DNA from: an uncultured Candidatus Binatia bacterium
GTDB taxonomy: Bacteria; Desulfobacterota; Binatia; Bin18
DNA: 64,000 nt
Reading direction: 5' to 3'
Assembly (NCBI GenBank): GCA_965200965.1
Contig: OZ241744.1
Location: forward strand, 960,001-1,024,000
Made by a program: the position numbers and the translations under genes
The notes under the pieces: model-generated
What the model was told of the DNA's origin: nothing
What the model saw: the letters and a program-made list of their open reading frames with translations, nothing else
The model's database searches: none
In this document: positions 47,601 to 57,534 of the stretch, in pieces
Numbering within the stretch: position 1 is the stretch's first letter
How the letters are laid out: every line of letters starts with the position of its first letter

Positions 47601-48485
47601 TCAGCCGAGCGGCAGACCGGCCTTCCTGGCCCGCTCTAACACCATCCGTTCACGGTCGGCAATCGGACCGTCAATCATCCGCCCCCGGAAGGCAACCGCG
47701 CCCTTGCCTTCGGCCACCGCTCCGTCAAAAGCCGCGAGCAGGTCTCGGGCATAGGCGACTTCTTCCGGGCCCGGGGTGTAGACCGCGTTGACCGGCTCAA
47801 TCTGGCTGGGATGGATGCAGGCTTTGCCCTCATAGCCGAGATGTTTGCCCTGGCGCGTCTCGGCCACCAGGCCTTCCACATCGGGGATATCCAGATACAC
47901 ATTATCAATCGGCACGATGCCGGCCGCTTTGGCTGCGGTCACGACCTGACAGCGGGCGTGCAGGACAATCCCGTCGCTTGACGGGCCGGCCTGTATCCCC
48001 ATCGCCAGCGAAAAATCTCCATGTCCAAACGCCATGCCGGCCAGACGTGGGCTGGCCTGGGCCAGGCTGAAAGCGTTGCCGATCGCCTGGGGCTGCTCAA
48101 TCAGCGGCAGCAGCGCTACCGAGCCGGGTGCCTGTCCGGCCCGCTCCTCAGCCAGCGAGACCAGTTTGTCCACAAACCGGATACCCTCAGGCGTGCTGGT
48201 TTTGGGGACGACCAGCCCATCCGCCCCGGCCTCAACCATAGCCAGCACATCATCCAGGAAATACGGCGTATCAAGAGCGTTGATCCGCACCGTGCGCTCG
48301 AAGCGCTCAAAGCCACTATCGCTCAGTACGTCTTTGAGCGTTTCCCGCGCAAGGGCTTTCCGTTCTGGAGCGACAGCGTCTTCGAGATCAAAGATCAGGC
48401 TGTCGGCCTGAGCGTTCTGTGCTCTGGCCAGAAACCGCTCACTGCTGGCCGGGACAAACAACAGGCTGCGGCGCAGGCGCGACAT
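47601..48485 (-). CDS. CitE/malyl-CoA lyase-family CoA-ester lyase
   Basis: RRSLLFVPA, FDLEDAV, VRINA, VVPK, LIE, FGHGD, GKACIHPSQI, GRMIDGP. Confidence 0.9.
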   Translation of the reverse strand: MSRLRRSLLFVPASSERFLARAQNAQADSLIFDLEDAVAPERKALARETLKDVLSDSGFERFERTVRINALDTPYFLDDVLAMVEAGADGLVVPKTSTPEGIRFVDKLVSLAEERAGQAPGSVALLPLIEQPQAIGNAFSLAQASPRLAGMAFGHGDFSLAMGIQAGPSSDGIVLHARCQVVTAAKAAGIVPIDNVYLDIPDVEGLVAETRQGKHLGYEGKACIHPSQIEPVNAVYTPGPEEVAYARDLLAAFDGAVAEGKGAVAFRGRMIDGPIADRERMVLERARKAGLPLG

Positions 48486-48495
48486 GGGATACTCC

Positions 48496-49698
48496 TCAGA
48501 TAACGCCCAAGTCCTTCAGTTCCGCCAGGCGATCGGGCGTTATGCCTAGTTGTCCACAATAGATCTCTTCGTTGTGGCTTCCCAGGTGGGTCGGGCCGGT
48601 CCAGCGGACCGCGCCCGGGGTGCGGCTCAGCGTTGGGACGACATTCTGCATTTTCAGCGGTCCGAGCTCCGGGTCGGTGACGGTGGTAATCGTCTGTCGG
48701 GCCTGAAAATGGGGATCAGCCATAATGCCTGCAATATCGTACACCGGGACCGCCGCACAGTCGTACTGGTCAAACTGCCTGAGCGCCGTTTCAAGCGTCT
48801 GGCGGGCGATCCAGCCGCCCACAATCGCATCAACCTCGTCGATGTTTGTGATCCGCGCCCGGTTGTCGGCAAAGCGCGGGTCGTCAATCAGCTCGGGCTG
48901 GCCAATGGCCGCAAACACCCGCCCGGCCAGGGCGTGGGCGTTGGCCGACAGAGCCAGCCATTTGTTGTCCCTGGTCTTGTAGATGTTCCGCGGCGCGCCA
49001 ATGGACGGGACGCGGTTGCCGGTCCGCTGCTGGACAATACCCAACTGGTCATAGCTCAGCGCCTGGTCGCCGGTGAGGGTAAAAATCGGCTCCAGCACGC
49101 TCAGGTCGATCATCTGGCCTGTGCCGCTGCTGTGGTCCCGTTCATACAGGGCAAACATGACCGCCCACGTCCCGAACTGGCCGGCCACGGCGTCCGCCAG
49201 GCCAAAGCCCGGCAGGGTCGGCGGCCCGTCCGGCTGGCCGGTGATATGGGCAAAACCGCTCATCGCCTCGGCCAGGGTCCCGAACCCGGGTTTGTCCTTA
49301 TACGGGCCGGTTTGGCCAAAGCCCGATACCCGGGCCATAACCAGCCGGGGGTTCAGGGCGTGCAGCACCTCCCAGCCAAGCCCCCAGCGTTCGAGCGTAC
49401 CGGGCCGGAAATTCTCGGTCAGGACATCGGCATCAGCCACCAGTTGCTTGAGGATGTCCCGGCCGGCCGGTTTGCTCAGGTCCAGGGTCAGGCATTTTTT
49501 GTTGCGGTTGGTGATCTTCCACCACAGCGGAATCCCGTTCTTGGCCGCCCCCAGCGAACGCAGGCTGTCGCCCAGCCGGGGGTGTTCGACCTTGATGACC
49601 TCGGCACCAAAATCGCCCATGTTCTGGGAGATCGTCGGCGAGGCAAACAGGACGGAAATATCAACGACTTTGAGTCCTTCGAGTGGCAACCGGGGCAT
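48496..49698 (-). CDS. Family III CoA-transferase (CaiB/BaiF)
   Basis: FGAEVIKVEHP..GD, NRNKK, ENFRPG, SGFGQTGPY, LADAVAG. Confidence 0.93.
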   Translation of the reverse strand: MPRLPLEGLKVVDISVLFASPTISQNMGDFGAEVIKVEHPRLGDSLRSLGAAKNGIPLWWKITNRNKKCLTLDLSKPAGRDILKQLVADADVLTENFRPGTLERWGLGWEVLHALNPRLVMARVSGFGQTGPYKDKPGFGTLAEAMSGFAHITGQPDGPPTLPGFGLADAVAGQFGTWAVMFALYERDHSSGTGQMIDLSVLEPIFTLTGDQALSYDQLGIVQQRTGNRVPSIGAPRNIYKTRDNKWLALSANAHALAGRVFAAIGQPELIDDPRFADNRARITNIDEVDAIVGGWIARQTLETALRQFDQYDCAAVPVYDIAGIMADPHFQARQTITTVTDPELGPLKMQNVVPTLSRTPGAVRWTGPTHLGSHNEEIYCGQLGITPDRLAELKDLGVI

Positions 49699-49728
49699 GA
49701 CTGGGCATCCCTTCTGGAGGCGGGCGGG

Positions 49729-50727
49729 TCAATCCCGCTCTAACCACACATCCGGCGAGGTCTCAACCCCGTGGCGGACGAAGATCGCGCTGAGCTCCGA
49801 CATATCGGCCTCCGAGATCTCCCAGCCCAGCGCGCCGACATTGTCCTCCACCTCGGCCTTGGTGCGACAGCCGACCAGGGCCGTGCTGATCACCGGATTG
49901 GAGCTCGTCCAGCGCAGGGCGAACTGCGGCAGGCTTTTGCCATAGCCGGCCGCCATGTCTTTGAGTTCGTCCACCGCGGCGATATTGCGGGGGAAGTACT
50001 CGGGGCCGAACAGGGTCTGGAACAGGGTGATGCCGCCCATCCGGCCCCGCCGGGAGCGCCAGTCGTCGGACTCAAAGTCCATATCCGCGCTGAAGGTTCC
50101 GCTCAGCAGTCCGTAGGCCAGTGAGCCGTAGGCCATCACCCCAATGCGCTGCTCACGGCAGTAGGGAAAGACCTCTTTGTGCATGCGCTGGTCAAACATG
50201 TTCCAGCAGTACTGGGCGACATCGACCCGGCGGGTCTGCATACAGGTCTCGATCTGCTGCCGGCGGAAGTTGGAGATGCCGACAAAGCGGGCCTTGCCCT
50301 GCTGGACTACATCGTCAAGGGCGCGCATGGTCTCCTCAAACGGGGTGTTCACATCCGGCCAATGCACCAGGTAGACGTCGATATAGTCGGTGTTCAGATG
50401 GGTCAGGCTTTTTTCAACCGACTCCATCACCCGCTGGCGGCTGCTGTCGCGGAAGTTGGGCGCTTCCTGATAGCCAACCCCGAACTTGGTGACAACAATG
50501 GCGTCTTTGCGCCGTGCGCCAAGCGCTTTGGCCAGCGATTTTTCTGAGGCCCCGAAGCCGTAGGCTTCCGCGGTGTCAAAGCAGGTAATGCCCAACTCAA
50601 GCCCACGCTGCACCGCCTCAATGAACTGGCTCTCCTCAATGCTGCCGTAGCCGCCGCCAATCTCCCAGCAGCCGATGCCAATGGCCGAGACCTGGAGGCC
50701 CGTGTTGCCAAACGGTCGATATTCCAT
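49729..50727 (-). CDS. Aldo/keto reductase
   Basis: FDTAEAYG, VTKFG, DYIDVYLVHWPD, GKARFVGISNF. Confidence 0.93.
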   Translation of the reverse strand: MEYRPFGNTGLQVSAIGIGCWEIGGGYGSIEESQFIEAVQRGLELGITCFDTAEAYGFGASEKSLAKALGARRKDAIVVTKFGVGYQEAPNFRDSSRQRVMESVEKSLTHLNTDYIDVYLVHWPDVNTPFEETMRALDDVVQQGKARFVGISNFRRQQIETCMQTRRVDVAQYCWNMFDQRMHKEVFPYCREQRIGVMAYGSLAYGLLSGTFSADMDFESDDWRSRRGRMGGITLFQTLFGPEYFPRNIAAVDELKDMAAGYGKSLPQFALRWTSSNPVISTALVGCRTKAEVEDNVGALGWEISEADMSELSAIFVRHGVETSPDVWLERD

Positions 50728-50738
50728 AGCCTGCTCCT

Positions 50739-51485
50739 CTAGCGGGCGATAAACCCGCCGTCGATAACCAGTTCGGTTCCAGTCACAAACGACGCCTCGG
50801 CCGAGGCCAGATACAGCACGCCATAGGCGATCTCATCCGCTTCGGCGATGCGTTTCATCGGGTGCAGGCCGGCCGCCCGGTGTTTCCATTTTTCCCCGAA
50901 CGGGTTCAGGATTTCGGTATCCACCCCGCCCGGATGGACCGAGTTGACCCGGATGTTCTCTTCGGCATACTGCACGGCCGCGGTTTTGGTCAGCAGGCGC
51001 ACCCCGCCCTTGCTGGCGTGGTAGGCCGGCAGACCACCGCCGCCCACAATGCCGGCAATGGACGAGATATTGATGATCGAGCCGTGCCCCGCCGCCCGCA
51101 TGGCCGGAACAACGTATTTCATGCCCAGGAAGACCCCGGTCAGATTGACCGCCAGCGTCTTGTGCCAGGCGTCCAGCGGGGTCTGCTCAATCCCGCTGTC
51201 CTCACGCAGCCCGATCCCGGCATTGTTGACCAGAACCGTCACCCGACCAAACGCATTGCGTGCGTCGGTGACGACCTGCTGCCACACCTTCTCCTGAGAA
51301 ACGTCGTGTTTGATGAACAGGGCGGCCGGGCCGATTTCCTCCGCCACCTTGCGGCCCAGCTCGTCCAGGACATCGCTCAGGACCACCTTCGCCCCTTCGG
51401 CGGCGAACAGCCGTGCCTCAGCCTCACCCTGTCCGCGGGCCGCCCCGGTGATAATTGCTACCTCGCCGTCAAGTCTTCCAGCCAT
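50739..51485 (-). CDS. SDR oxidoreductase (3-alpha,20-beta-HSD/cyclopentanol dehydrogenase-like)
   Basis: TGAARGQG, VNNAG, NISS, YHASKGG, IRVNSVHPG, IDGG. Confidence 0.93.
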   Translation of the reverse strand: MAGRLDGEVAIITGAARGQGEAEARLFAAEGAKVVLSDVLDELGRKVAEEIGPAALFIKHDVSQEKVWQQVVTDARNAFGRVTVLVNNAGIGLREDSGIEQTPLDAWHKTLAVNLTGVFLGMKYVVPAMRAAGHGSIINISSIAGIVGGGGLPAYHASKGGVRLLTKTAAVQYAEENIRVNSVHPGGVDTEILNPFGEKWKHRAAGLHPMKRIAEADEIAYGVLYLASAEASFVTGTELVIDGGFIAR

Positions 51486-51612
51486 AGGCCCTGTGCCTCC
51501 TCTCTCTTGATCGTTCAGCCTGTCCCTATCAAGGCTATATCTGGCCGCACGCCGTCGGACAAGGCCGGGTTGCCTTGAAGCCGGGGGGCTGGGGGTGGTA
51601 TATCCGCCGGTA

Positions 51613-54003
51613 ATGGAGAAGAGCCGGCTGAGCGAGCGCGATATCTGCACCAAGTTCATCACCCCGGCCCTGCGGCGGGCCGGCTGGAACGAGCTGACGC
51701 AGATCCGCGAGGAGCTCAGCTTTACCAGGGGCCGCATCATTGTGCGCGGCCGGCTGGTCAGCCGGGGCAGGCTCAGGCGGGCCGACTATGTGCTGTCCTA
51801 TAAGCCAAACCTGCCCATCGGCCTGATTGAGGCCAAGGACAACCGGCACGCGGTCGGCGATGGTATGCAACAGGCCCTTGAGTACGCCACCACGCTTGAC
51901 ATTCCCTTTGTGTTCTCCTCCAACGGCGACGGCTTTGTGTTCCACGACCGGACCTGCGGAACAGAAACGGCCATCGCCCTTGACGCCTTCCCACCGCCGG
52001 GCGAACTATGGGCGCGCTACTGCGCCTGGAAGGGCCTGAGGCCCGAGGCCGAGCGGATTGTGCTTCAGGATTATTGTGACGACGGCAGCGGCAAGGCCCC
52101 GCGTTACTATCAGATCAGCGCTATCAACGCCGCGGTTGAGGCCGTCGCCACCGGCCGCGACCGGGTTCTGCTGGTCATGGCAACCGGAACCGGCAAGACC
52201 TATACCGCTTTTCAGATCATCTGGCGACTGTGGAAGGCCGGCCGCAAGAAGCGTATCCTGTTTCTGGCCGACCGCAATGTGCTGGTCGATCAGACCATGA
52301 ATAATGACTTCCGGCCCTTCGGCCCGGCAATGGCCAAGCTCTCGAGCAGCGCCGGCACCATTGACCCCGGGGCCGGTTCCGCCCCGGGGGTGCGCCGCAT
52401 TGACACCGCCTATGAGGTCTATCTCGGCCTGTACCAGGCGATAACCGGCCCGGAGGACAGGCAGAAGCTCTATCGGGAGTTCTCGCCCGGCTTCTTCGAT
52501 CTCATTGTCATTGACGAGTGCCACCGCGGCAGCGCTGCCGAGGACTCGGCCTGGCGGGAAATCCTGGAGTATTTCGCCAGCGCCACCCAGATCGGCCTGA
52601 CCGCCACCCCCAAAGAGACCCGCTATGCGTCCAACATCCACTATTTTGGCGAACCAGTCTATTCCTACTCGCTGAAACAGGGCATCCGTGACGGCTTCCT
52701 GGCCCCCTACAAGGTCATCAAGGTCCATATTGACCGGGACGTGCAGGGCTACCGCCCCGAACAGGGCCAGCTTGACCGTGACGGCCGGGAGGTCGAAGAC
52801 CGGCTGTACAATACCAGGGACTTTGACCGCAGTCTCGTGCTGGACGAGCGCACCCGGCTGGTGGCCCACAAAGTCACCGGGTTTTTGAAGGAGAGCGGCG
52901 ACCGCTTCCAGAAAACCATTCTCTTCTGTGTTGACCGGGAGCACGCCGGCCGCATGAGGCGGGCGCTCGTCAATGAGAACGCCGATCTGGTGGCCAAGGA
53001 CCCCCGCTATGTCATGCGCATCACCGGCGGGGACGCCGAGGGACAGGCCCAACTTGACAACTTCATTGACCCCGAATCGCGCTCCCCGGTGCTGGTCACA
53101 ACCTCACGGCTGCTGTCCACCGGGGTGGATGTCCAGACCTGCCGGCTGATTGTGCTCGATCGGCCGGTCGGCTCAATGACCGAGTTCAAGCAGATTCTCG
53201 GCCGCGGCAGCCGGGTCCATGAGGATACCCGCAAGTTCTATTTCACCCTGATGGACTTCCGGGGGGCGACTCAGCATTTTGCCGACCCGGACTTTGACGG
53301 CGAGCCGGTCCAGGTCTATGAGCCGGGCGAGCACGACCCGATCAGCCCGCCCGACACCACCCCGGACGGACCGCCGGCAGAGCCGGACGAGACCAGCATC
53401 TCCGGCCCGCCGGACTGCTCCGGCCCGGCCGGCGGCCGGCCCAAGGTGTATGTGGATGGGGTCAGCGCCAGCATCGTTGCCAAGCGGGTGGAATACCTCG
53501 ACGAGGCCGGCACGCTCATCACCGAGTCGCTGCGTGACTTCACCCGCAAGGCGCTCACGCGGCGCTTTGCCAGCCTTGACGCCTTTCTGCGACGCTGGCG
53601 GGCCGAGGAGCGCAAGCAGGCGATCGTGGACGAACTGAAGGCCGAGGGGCTGGACTTTGACATCCTGACCCGGGAGCTTGGCAGGGACCTCGACCCCTTT
53701 GACCTCATCTGCCAGGTGGCTTTTGATGCCACGCCGCTGACCCGGAGCGAGCGGGCCGCCAAGGTCAGAAAGCGCGATGTGTTCCACCGGTACGCCGGCC
53801 AGGCCCGGGCCGTGCTTGACGCCCTGCTTGACAAGTACGCCGACGAGGGGCTGTTCAACCTTGACGACACCGGGGTGTTGCGCATCCCGCCGCTCAACCG
53901 CCTCGGCACCCCGGTACAGCTCATCAGGGCCTTTGGCAGCAAGGACCGCTTCGTTGCCGCGGTGCGTGATCTGCAAGCCGCCCTGTACCAGGAGAGCGCC
54001 TGA
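51613..54003 (+). CDS. hsdR: Type I restriction enzyme R subunit (EcoAI/EcoEI-like)
   Basis: ADYVL...IEAK nuclease motif, MATGTGKT, DECHRG, GLTATP, TGVDV, QILGRGSR. Confidence 0.95.
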   Translation: MEKSRLSERDICTKFITPALRRAGWNELTQIREELSFTRGRIIVRGRLVSRGRLRRADYVLSYKPNLPIGLIEAKDNRHAVGDGMQQALEYATTLDIPFVFSSNGDGFVFHDRTCGTETAIALDAFPPPGELWARYCAWKGLRPEAERIVLQDYCDDGSGKAPRYYQISAINAAVEAVATGRDRVLLVMATGTGKTYTAFQIIWRLWKAGRKKRILFLADRNVLVDQTMNNDFRPFGPAMAKLSSSAGTIDPGAGSAPGVRRIDTAYEVYLGLYQAITGPEDRQKLYREFSPGFFDLIVIDECHRGSAAEDSAWREILEYFASATQIGLTATPKETRYASNIHYFGEPVYSYSLKQGIRDGFLAPYKVIKVHIDRDVQGYRPEQGQLDRDGREVEDRLYNTRDFDRSLVLDERTRLVAHKVTGFLKESGDRFQKTILFCVDREHAGRMRRALVNENADLVAKDPRYVMRITGGDAEGQAQLDNFIDPESRSPVLVTTSRLLSTGVDVQTCRLIVLDRPVGSMTEFKQILGRGSRVHEDTRKFYFTLMDFRGATQHFADPDFDGEPVQVYEPGEHDPISPPDTTPDGPPAEPDETSISGPPDCSGPAGGRPKVYVDGVSASIVAKRVEYLDEAGTLITESLRDFTRKALTRRFASLDAFLRRWRAEERKQAIVDELKAEGLDFDILTRELGRDLDPFDLICQVAFDATPLTRSERAAKVRKRDVFHRYAGQARAVLDALLDKYADEGLFNLDDTGVLRIPPLNRLGTPVQLIRAFGSKDRFVAAVRDLQAALYQESA

Positions 54004-54006
54004 GCC

Positions 54007-55458
54007 ATGTCGGTCCGCAGCCTGGTCAAATCCATCCAGAACATCATGCGCCAGGACACCGGGGTTGACGGCGACGCCCAGCGCATCAGCCAGCTGTGCT
54101 GGATGTTCTTTCTGAAGATCATGGACGATCAGGACCTGGAGTTGGAACTGACCCGGGACGGCTACCGCTCGCCCATCCCGGATTGCTTCCAGTGGCGGGC
54201 CTGGGCCGCGGACCCCGAGGGCATGACCGGCGAGGCGCTGCTCGGCTTTATCAACACCGAGCTGTTCCCGGCCCTCAAAGGGCTGGAGACCGCCGGCCGG
54301 GACAAGCGCGGCCGGGTGGTCCGCAGTGTGTTTGAGGACGCCTATAACTATATGAAGTCCGGGCAGCTCATGCGCCAGGTGGTGAACACGATTGACGCCA
54401 TTGACTTCAACGACAAAGACGACCGCCACCACTTCGGCGACATCTATGAGCAGATGCTGAACGACCTGCAATCCGCCGGCAATGCCGGCGAGTACTACAC
54501 CCCGCGGGCCGTGACCGCCTTTATGGCCGACCGGATTGACCCCAAGCCTGGGGAGAGCCTGTTTGACCCGGCCTGCGGCACCGGCGGCTTTCTGAGCTGC
54601 GCCCTGCGTCACATGCGCGAGCGCTATGTCAAACGGCCCGAAGACCATCGGGCCATGCAGGCCGGCCTGCGCGCCGTGGAGAAGAAGCAACTCCCGCACA
54701 TGCTATGCGTCACCAATATGCTGCTGCACGGCGTTGAGGACCCCGGCTTTGTCCGCCACGACAACACCCTGGCCCGGCCCTGGATCAGTTGGGGGGACGC
54801 AGACCGGGTGGACATTGTGCTGACCAACCCGCCCTTTGGCGGCAAGGAAGAGGGCGGCATTGAGAGCAATTTTCCCCAGCATTTCCGCACCAAGGAAACC
54901 GCCCACCTGTTCCTGGCCCTGATCGTCCGGGTGCTCAAGCCGGGCGGCCGCGCCGGCGTTGTGCTGCCCGACGGCTCGCTGTTTGGCGAGGGGGTCAAGA
55001 CCCGGCTCAAGGAACACCTGCTGGCCGAGTGCAACCTGCACACCATCGTCCGTCTGCCCAACTCGGTCTTCAAGCCCTACGCCTCCATCGGCACCAACCT
55101 GCTGTTTTTTGACAAGGGCGAGCCGACCGGCGACATCTGGTTCTACGAGCACCGCGTCCCCGACGGCCAGAAAGCCTACTCCATGACCAAGCCGATCCGG
55201 CTGGAGCATCTGCACACCTGCATGGACTGGTGGGGCGGGCCGCAACGCACCGGCCGGCAGGAAACCGCCTGCGCCTGGAAAGTCAGCGCGGAAGAAGTCA
55301 AGGCGCGTGGCTATAACCTGGACATCAAGAACCCGCATACCGCCCAAGCCACGCCCGGCGACCCCGCCGAACTGCTGGCGCAACTGACTGCCGCGGAGGC
55401 CGAAGCCGCCTCGCTGCGCGCCCGGTTGAAGGCCGTCCTGGCCGACGCGCTGCAATGA
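54007..55458 (+). CDS. hsdM: Type I R-M methyltransferase subunit (N6-adenine)
   Basis: GEYYTPRAV, DPACGTGGFL, NPPF. Confidence 0.96.
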   Translation: MSVRSLVKSIQNIMRQDTGVDGDAQRISQLCWMFFLKIMDDQDLELELTRDGYRSPIPDCFQWRAWAADPEGMTGEALLGFINTELFPALKGLETAGRDKRGRVVRSVFEDAYNYMKSGQLMRQVVNTIDAIDFNDKDDRHHFGDIYEQMLNDLQSAGNAGEYYTPRAVTAFMADRIDPKPGESLFDPACGTGGFLSCALRHMRERYVKRPEDHRAMQAGLRAVEKKQLPHMLCVTNMLLHGVEDPGFVRHDNTLARPWISWGDADRVDIVLTNPPFGGKEEGGIESNFPQHFRTKETAHLFLALIVRVLKPGGRAGVVLPDGSLFGEGVKTRLKEHLLAECNLHTIVRLPNSVFKPYASIGTNLLFFDKGEPTGDIWFYEHRVPDGQKAYSMTKPIRLEHLHTCMDWWGGPQRTGRQETACAWKVSAEEVKARGYNLDIKNPHTAQATPGDPAELLAQLTAAEAEAASLRARLKAVLADALQ

Positions 55459-55587
55459 AGGCAGGGTCTGAGCGAAAGGCGTGAAGGTGTCGCCTTCCGG
55501 TCGATCTGATGACCCGTTCACTCCCCGCTGGGGGGCTGTCAGTCAGCGGCCTCTCTGCCAGCTCTTGTGCAGAGAGAGGAACAGGGC

Positions 55588-55823
55588 ATGACAGATTTTG
55601 AGGCCGCCACCATTGCCGTCCGGCAGACACAAGCCGCCCATGCCTTGTGGGTGGGTTTGTGCAGGTTGCCGTGGTCGCACTCGGCATTCCGGCCATGTTG
55701 TGGGAAGGCATCAGACGGGGGAGGCAGCACGCCGACCGCCACGCCGAAGCCATGACCGCGTTGAAAGCCCTGATTGAACGGAGTGCGCCGAGGAGTGAAC
55801 GGCAGGAGAGAGAGGAGCGCTGA
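55588..55823 (+). pseudogene. Frameshifted small single-TM protein between hsdM and hsdS
   Basis: MTDFEAATIAVRQ...LWVG continues in another frame near 55658 as VQVAVVALGIPAMLWEG...RHAEAMTALKALIERS, ending at TGA 55821-55823. Confidence 0.45.
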
Positions 55824-55827
55824 CCCG

Positions 55828-57534
55828 ATGAGCATTGACGCCCTGCTGACCCACTTTGACCGGCTGATCCAGACCCCCGAAGCCGTCTCGCGCCTCCGCC
55901 GTTTCATCCTTGACCTGGCGGTACGCGGCAAGCTCGTGCCGCAGAACCCGGCGGATGAACCGGCATCGGAGTTGTTGAAGCGGATTGCCGCGGAGAAAGC
56001 GCGGCTGGTGAAGGCGGGGGGGATAAGAAAAGAACGGACTGAACCAATACTCTCGGGAGACCGCCCTTTCAAGCTTCCAGCAAGCTGGCGTTGGGTAGCC
56101 TTCGGAGAACTGCACACTCTCATTCGGGGTGTAACCTATTCAAAATCGGATGTCTCCGATTCAGCAGGAGAAGGCTATCTACCGATTCTCCGCGCAAACA
56201 ATATTGCTATTCGTCTTAACCACGAAAACCCAGTATTCGTAAAACGCGAGAGGATATCGCCGGATCAATTCCTGCGACGAGGCGACTTTATGATTGCCCT
56301 TTCCAGCGGCAGCAAAAACTTGGTGGGCAAGGCTGCTTTTGTACCCGACGACTTCAACGAAGGATTTGGCGGTTTTTGTGGGGTGATCCGTTTGACTCAT
56401 ACCAGCCTTCAAGGCTTCGTCGGAGTATATCTCCAATCAAACCTTTATCGGGACAGTATCGCAGCAGGCAGTCGCGGGATTGGGATTAACAATCTCAAAA
56501 AAGAAAAGCTCTCCAACCTATATTTCCCTCTCCCCCCTCTGGCTGAACAGCGCCGGATTGTCGCCAAGGTGGATGAACTGATGGGGCTGTGTGACCGGCT
56601 GGAGGCAGCGCAGGCGGAACGAGAGACGACGCGCAGCCGGCTGGCCGCGGCAAGTCTCGCCCGGCTCAACGCCCCTGACCCTGACCCGGCAACATTCCGG
56701 CAGCATGTTGCCTTTGCCCTCGACAACTTCACCCCGCTGACCACACACCCTGAGCAGGTCAAGGCGCTGCGTCAGACCATCCTCAACTTGGCGGTGCGGG
56801 GCAAGCTCGTGCCGCAGGACCCGGCGGATGAACCGGCATCGGTGTTGTTGAAGCGGATTGCCGCGGAGAAAGCGCGGCTGGTAAAGGTGGGGGAGATAAG
56901 AAAGCCGAAAGCGATTCCGGCGCTGAGAGAAGAAGAATTGCCGTTTTCGTTACCCGCAAACTGGCAATGGAGCCAAATCGCGGAGATTGGATTGCTGAGT
57001 CCACGGAACGAAGCAGCGGACGACATTGAGGCGTCGTTTGTTCCAATGCCAATGATTGCGGCTGACTACGGTGTGACATGCAGCCATGAGGTTCGACAAT
57101 GGGGGGAGATCAAAAAGGGTTACACGCACTTTGCCGAAGGGGATGTTGGCTTGGCTAAGATTACCCCGTGTTTCCAGAACGGAAAATCTACTGTCTTCCG
57201 AAACCTGACTGGCGGGCTGGGAAGCGGCACGACGGAATTGCACATTGTCCGCCCCCTGTTCATTGATCCGAATTTCGCCGTCCTTTTCCTCAAGAGTCCA
57301 CACTTCATCAAAACCGGTATCCCCAAAATGACCGGCACGGCCGGCCAGAAGCGGGTGCCGACTGAGTATTTCGCCCATTCCCCGTTTCCGCTCCCACCCC
57401 TCGCTGAGCAGCGCCGGATTGTCGCCAAGATGGATGAATTGATGGGGCTGTGTGACCGGCTGGAGGGGAGCCTTGCCGCGGGTGAGGGTACGGGGGGGCG
57501 GCTGGTTGATGCTATGCTGTATGGGCTGCTTTGA
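55828..57534 (+). CDS. hsdS: Type I R-M specificity subunit with two TRDs
   Basis: Repeated ILxLAVRGKLVPQ.PADEPAS.LLKRI and FPLPPLAEQRRIVAK.DELMGLCDRLE segments flanking two lower-GC TRDs. Confidence 0.95.
   Translation: MSIDALLTHFDRLIQTPEAVSRLRRFILDLAVRGKLVPQNPADEPASELLKRIAAEKARLVKAGGIRKERTEPILSGDRPFKLPASWRWVAFGELHTLIRGVTYSKSDVSDSAGEGYLPILRANNIAIRLNHENPVFVKRERISPDQFLRRGDFMIALSSGSKNLVGKAAFVPDDFNEGFGGFCGVIRLTHTSLQGFVGVYLQSNLYRDSIAAGSRGIGINNLKKEKLSNLYFPLPPLAEQRRIVAKVDELMGLCDRLEAAQAERETTRSRLAAASLARLNAPDPDPATFRQHVAFALDNFTPLTTHPEQVKALRQTILNLAVRGKLVPQDPADEPASVLLKRIAAEKARLVKVGEIRKPKAIPALREEELPFSLPANWQWSQIAEIGLLSPRNEAADDIEASFVPMPMIAADYGVTCSHEVRQWGEIKKGYTHFAEGDVGLAKITPCFQNGKSTVFRNLTGGLGSGTTELHIVRPLFIDPNFAVLFLKSPHFIKTGIPKMTGTAGQKRVPTEYFAHSPFPLPPLAEQRRIVAKMDELMGLCDRLEGSLAAGEGTGGRLVDAMLYGLL
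55905..57466 (+). repeat. Direct repeats of the HsdS conserved regions (55905-56029 with 56778-56902; 56524-56605 with 57385-57466)
   Basis: Near-identical DNA segments visible by eye. Confidence 0.85.

Noticed and set aside
55463-55516. Hammerhead ribozyme (GAAA...CUGAUGA present)
   Set aside because: A stem III-like helix forms, but stem I (ccggtcgat) and stem II cannot pair in the required register.
52006-55521. Long antisense ORFs (348, 508 and 272 aa) opposite hsdR/hsdM
   Set aside because: Shadow ORFs expected from high-GC codon bias; no motifs, and the sense genes are unambiguous.
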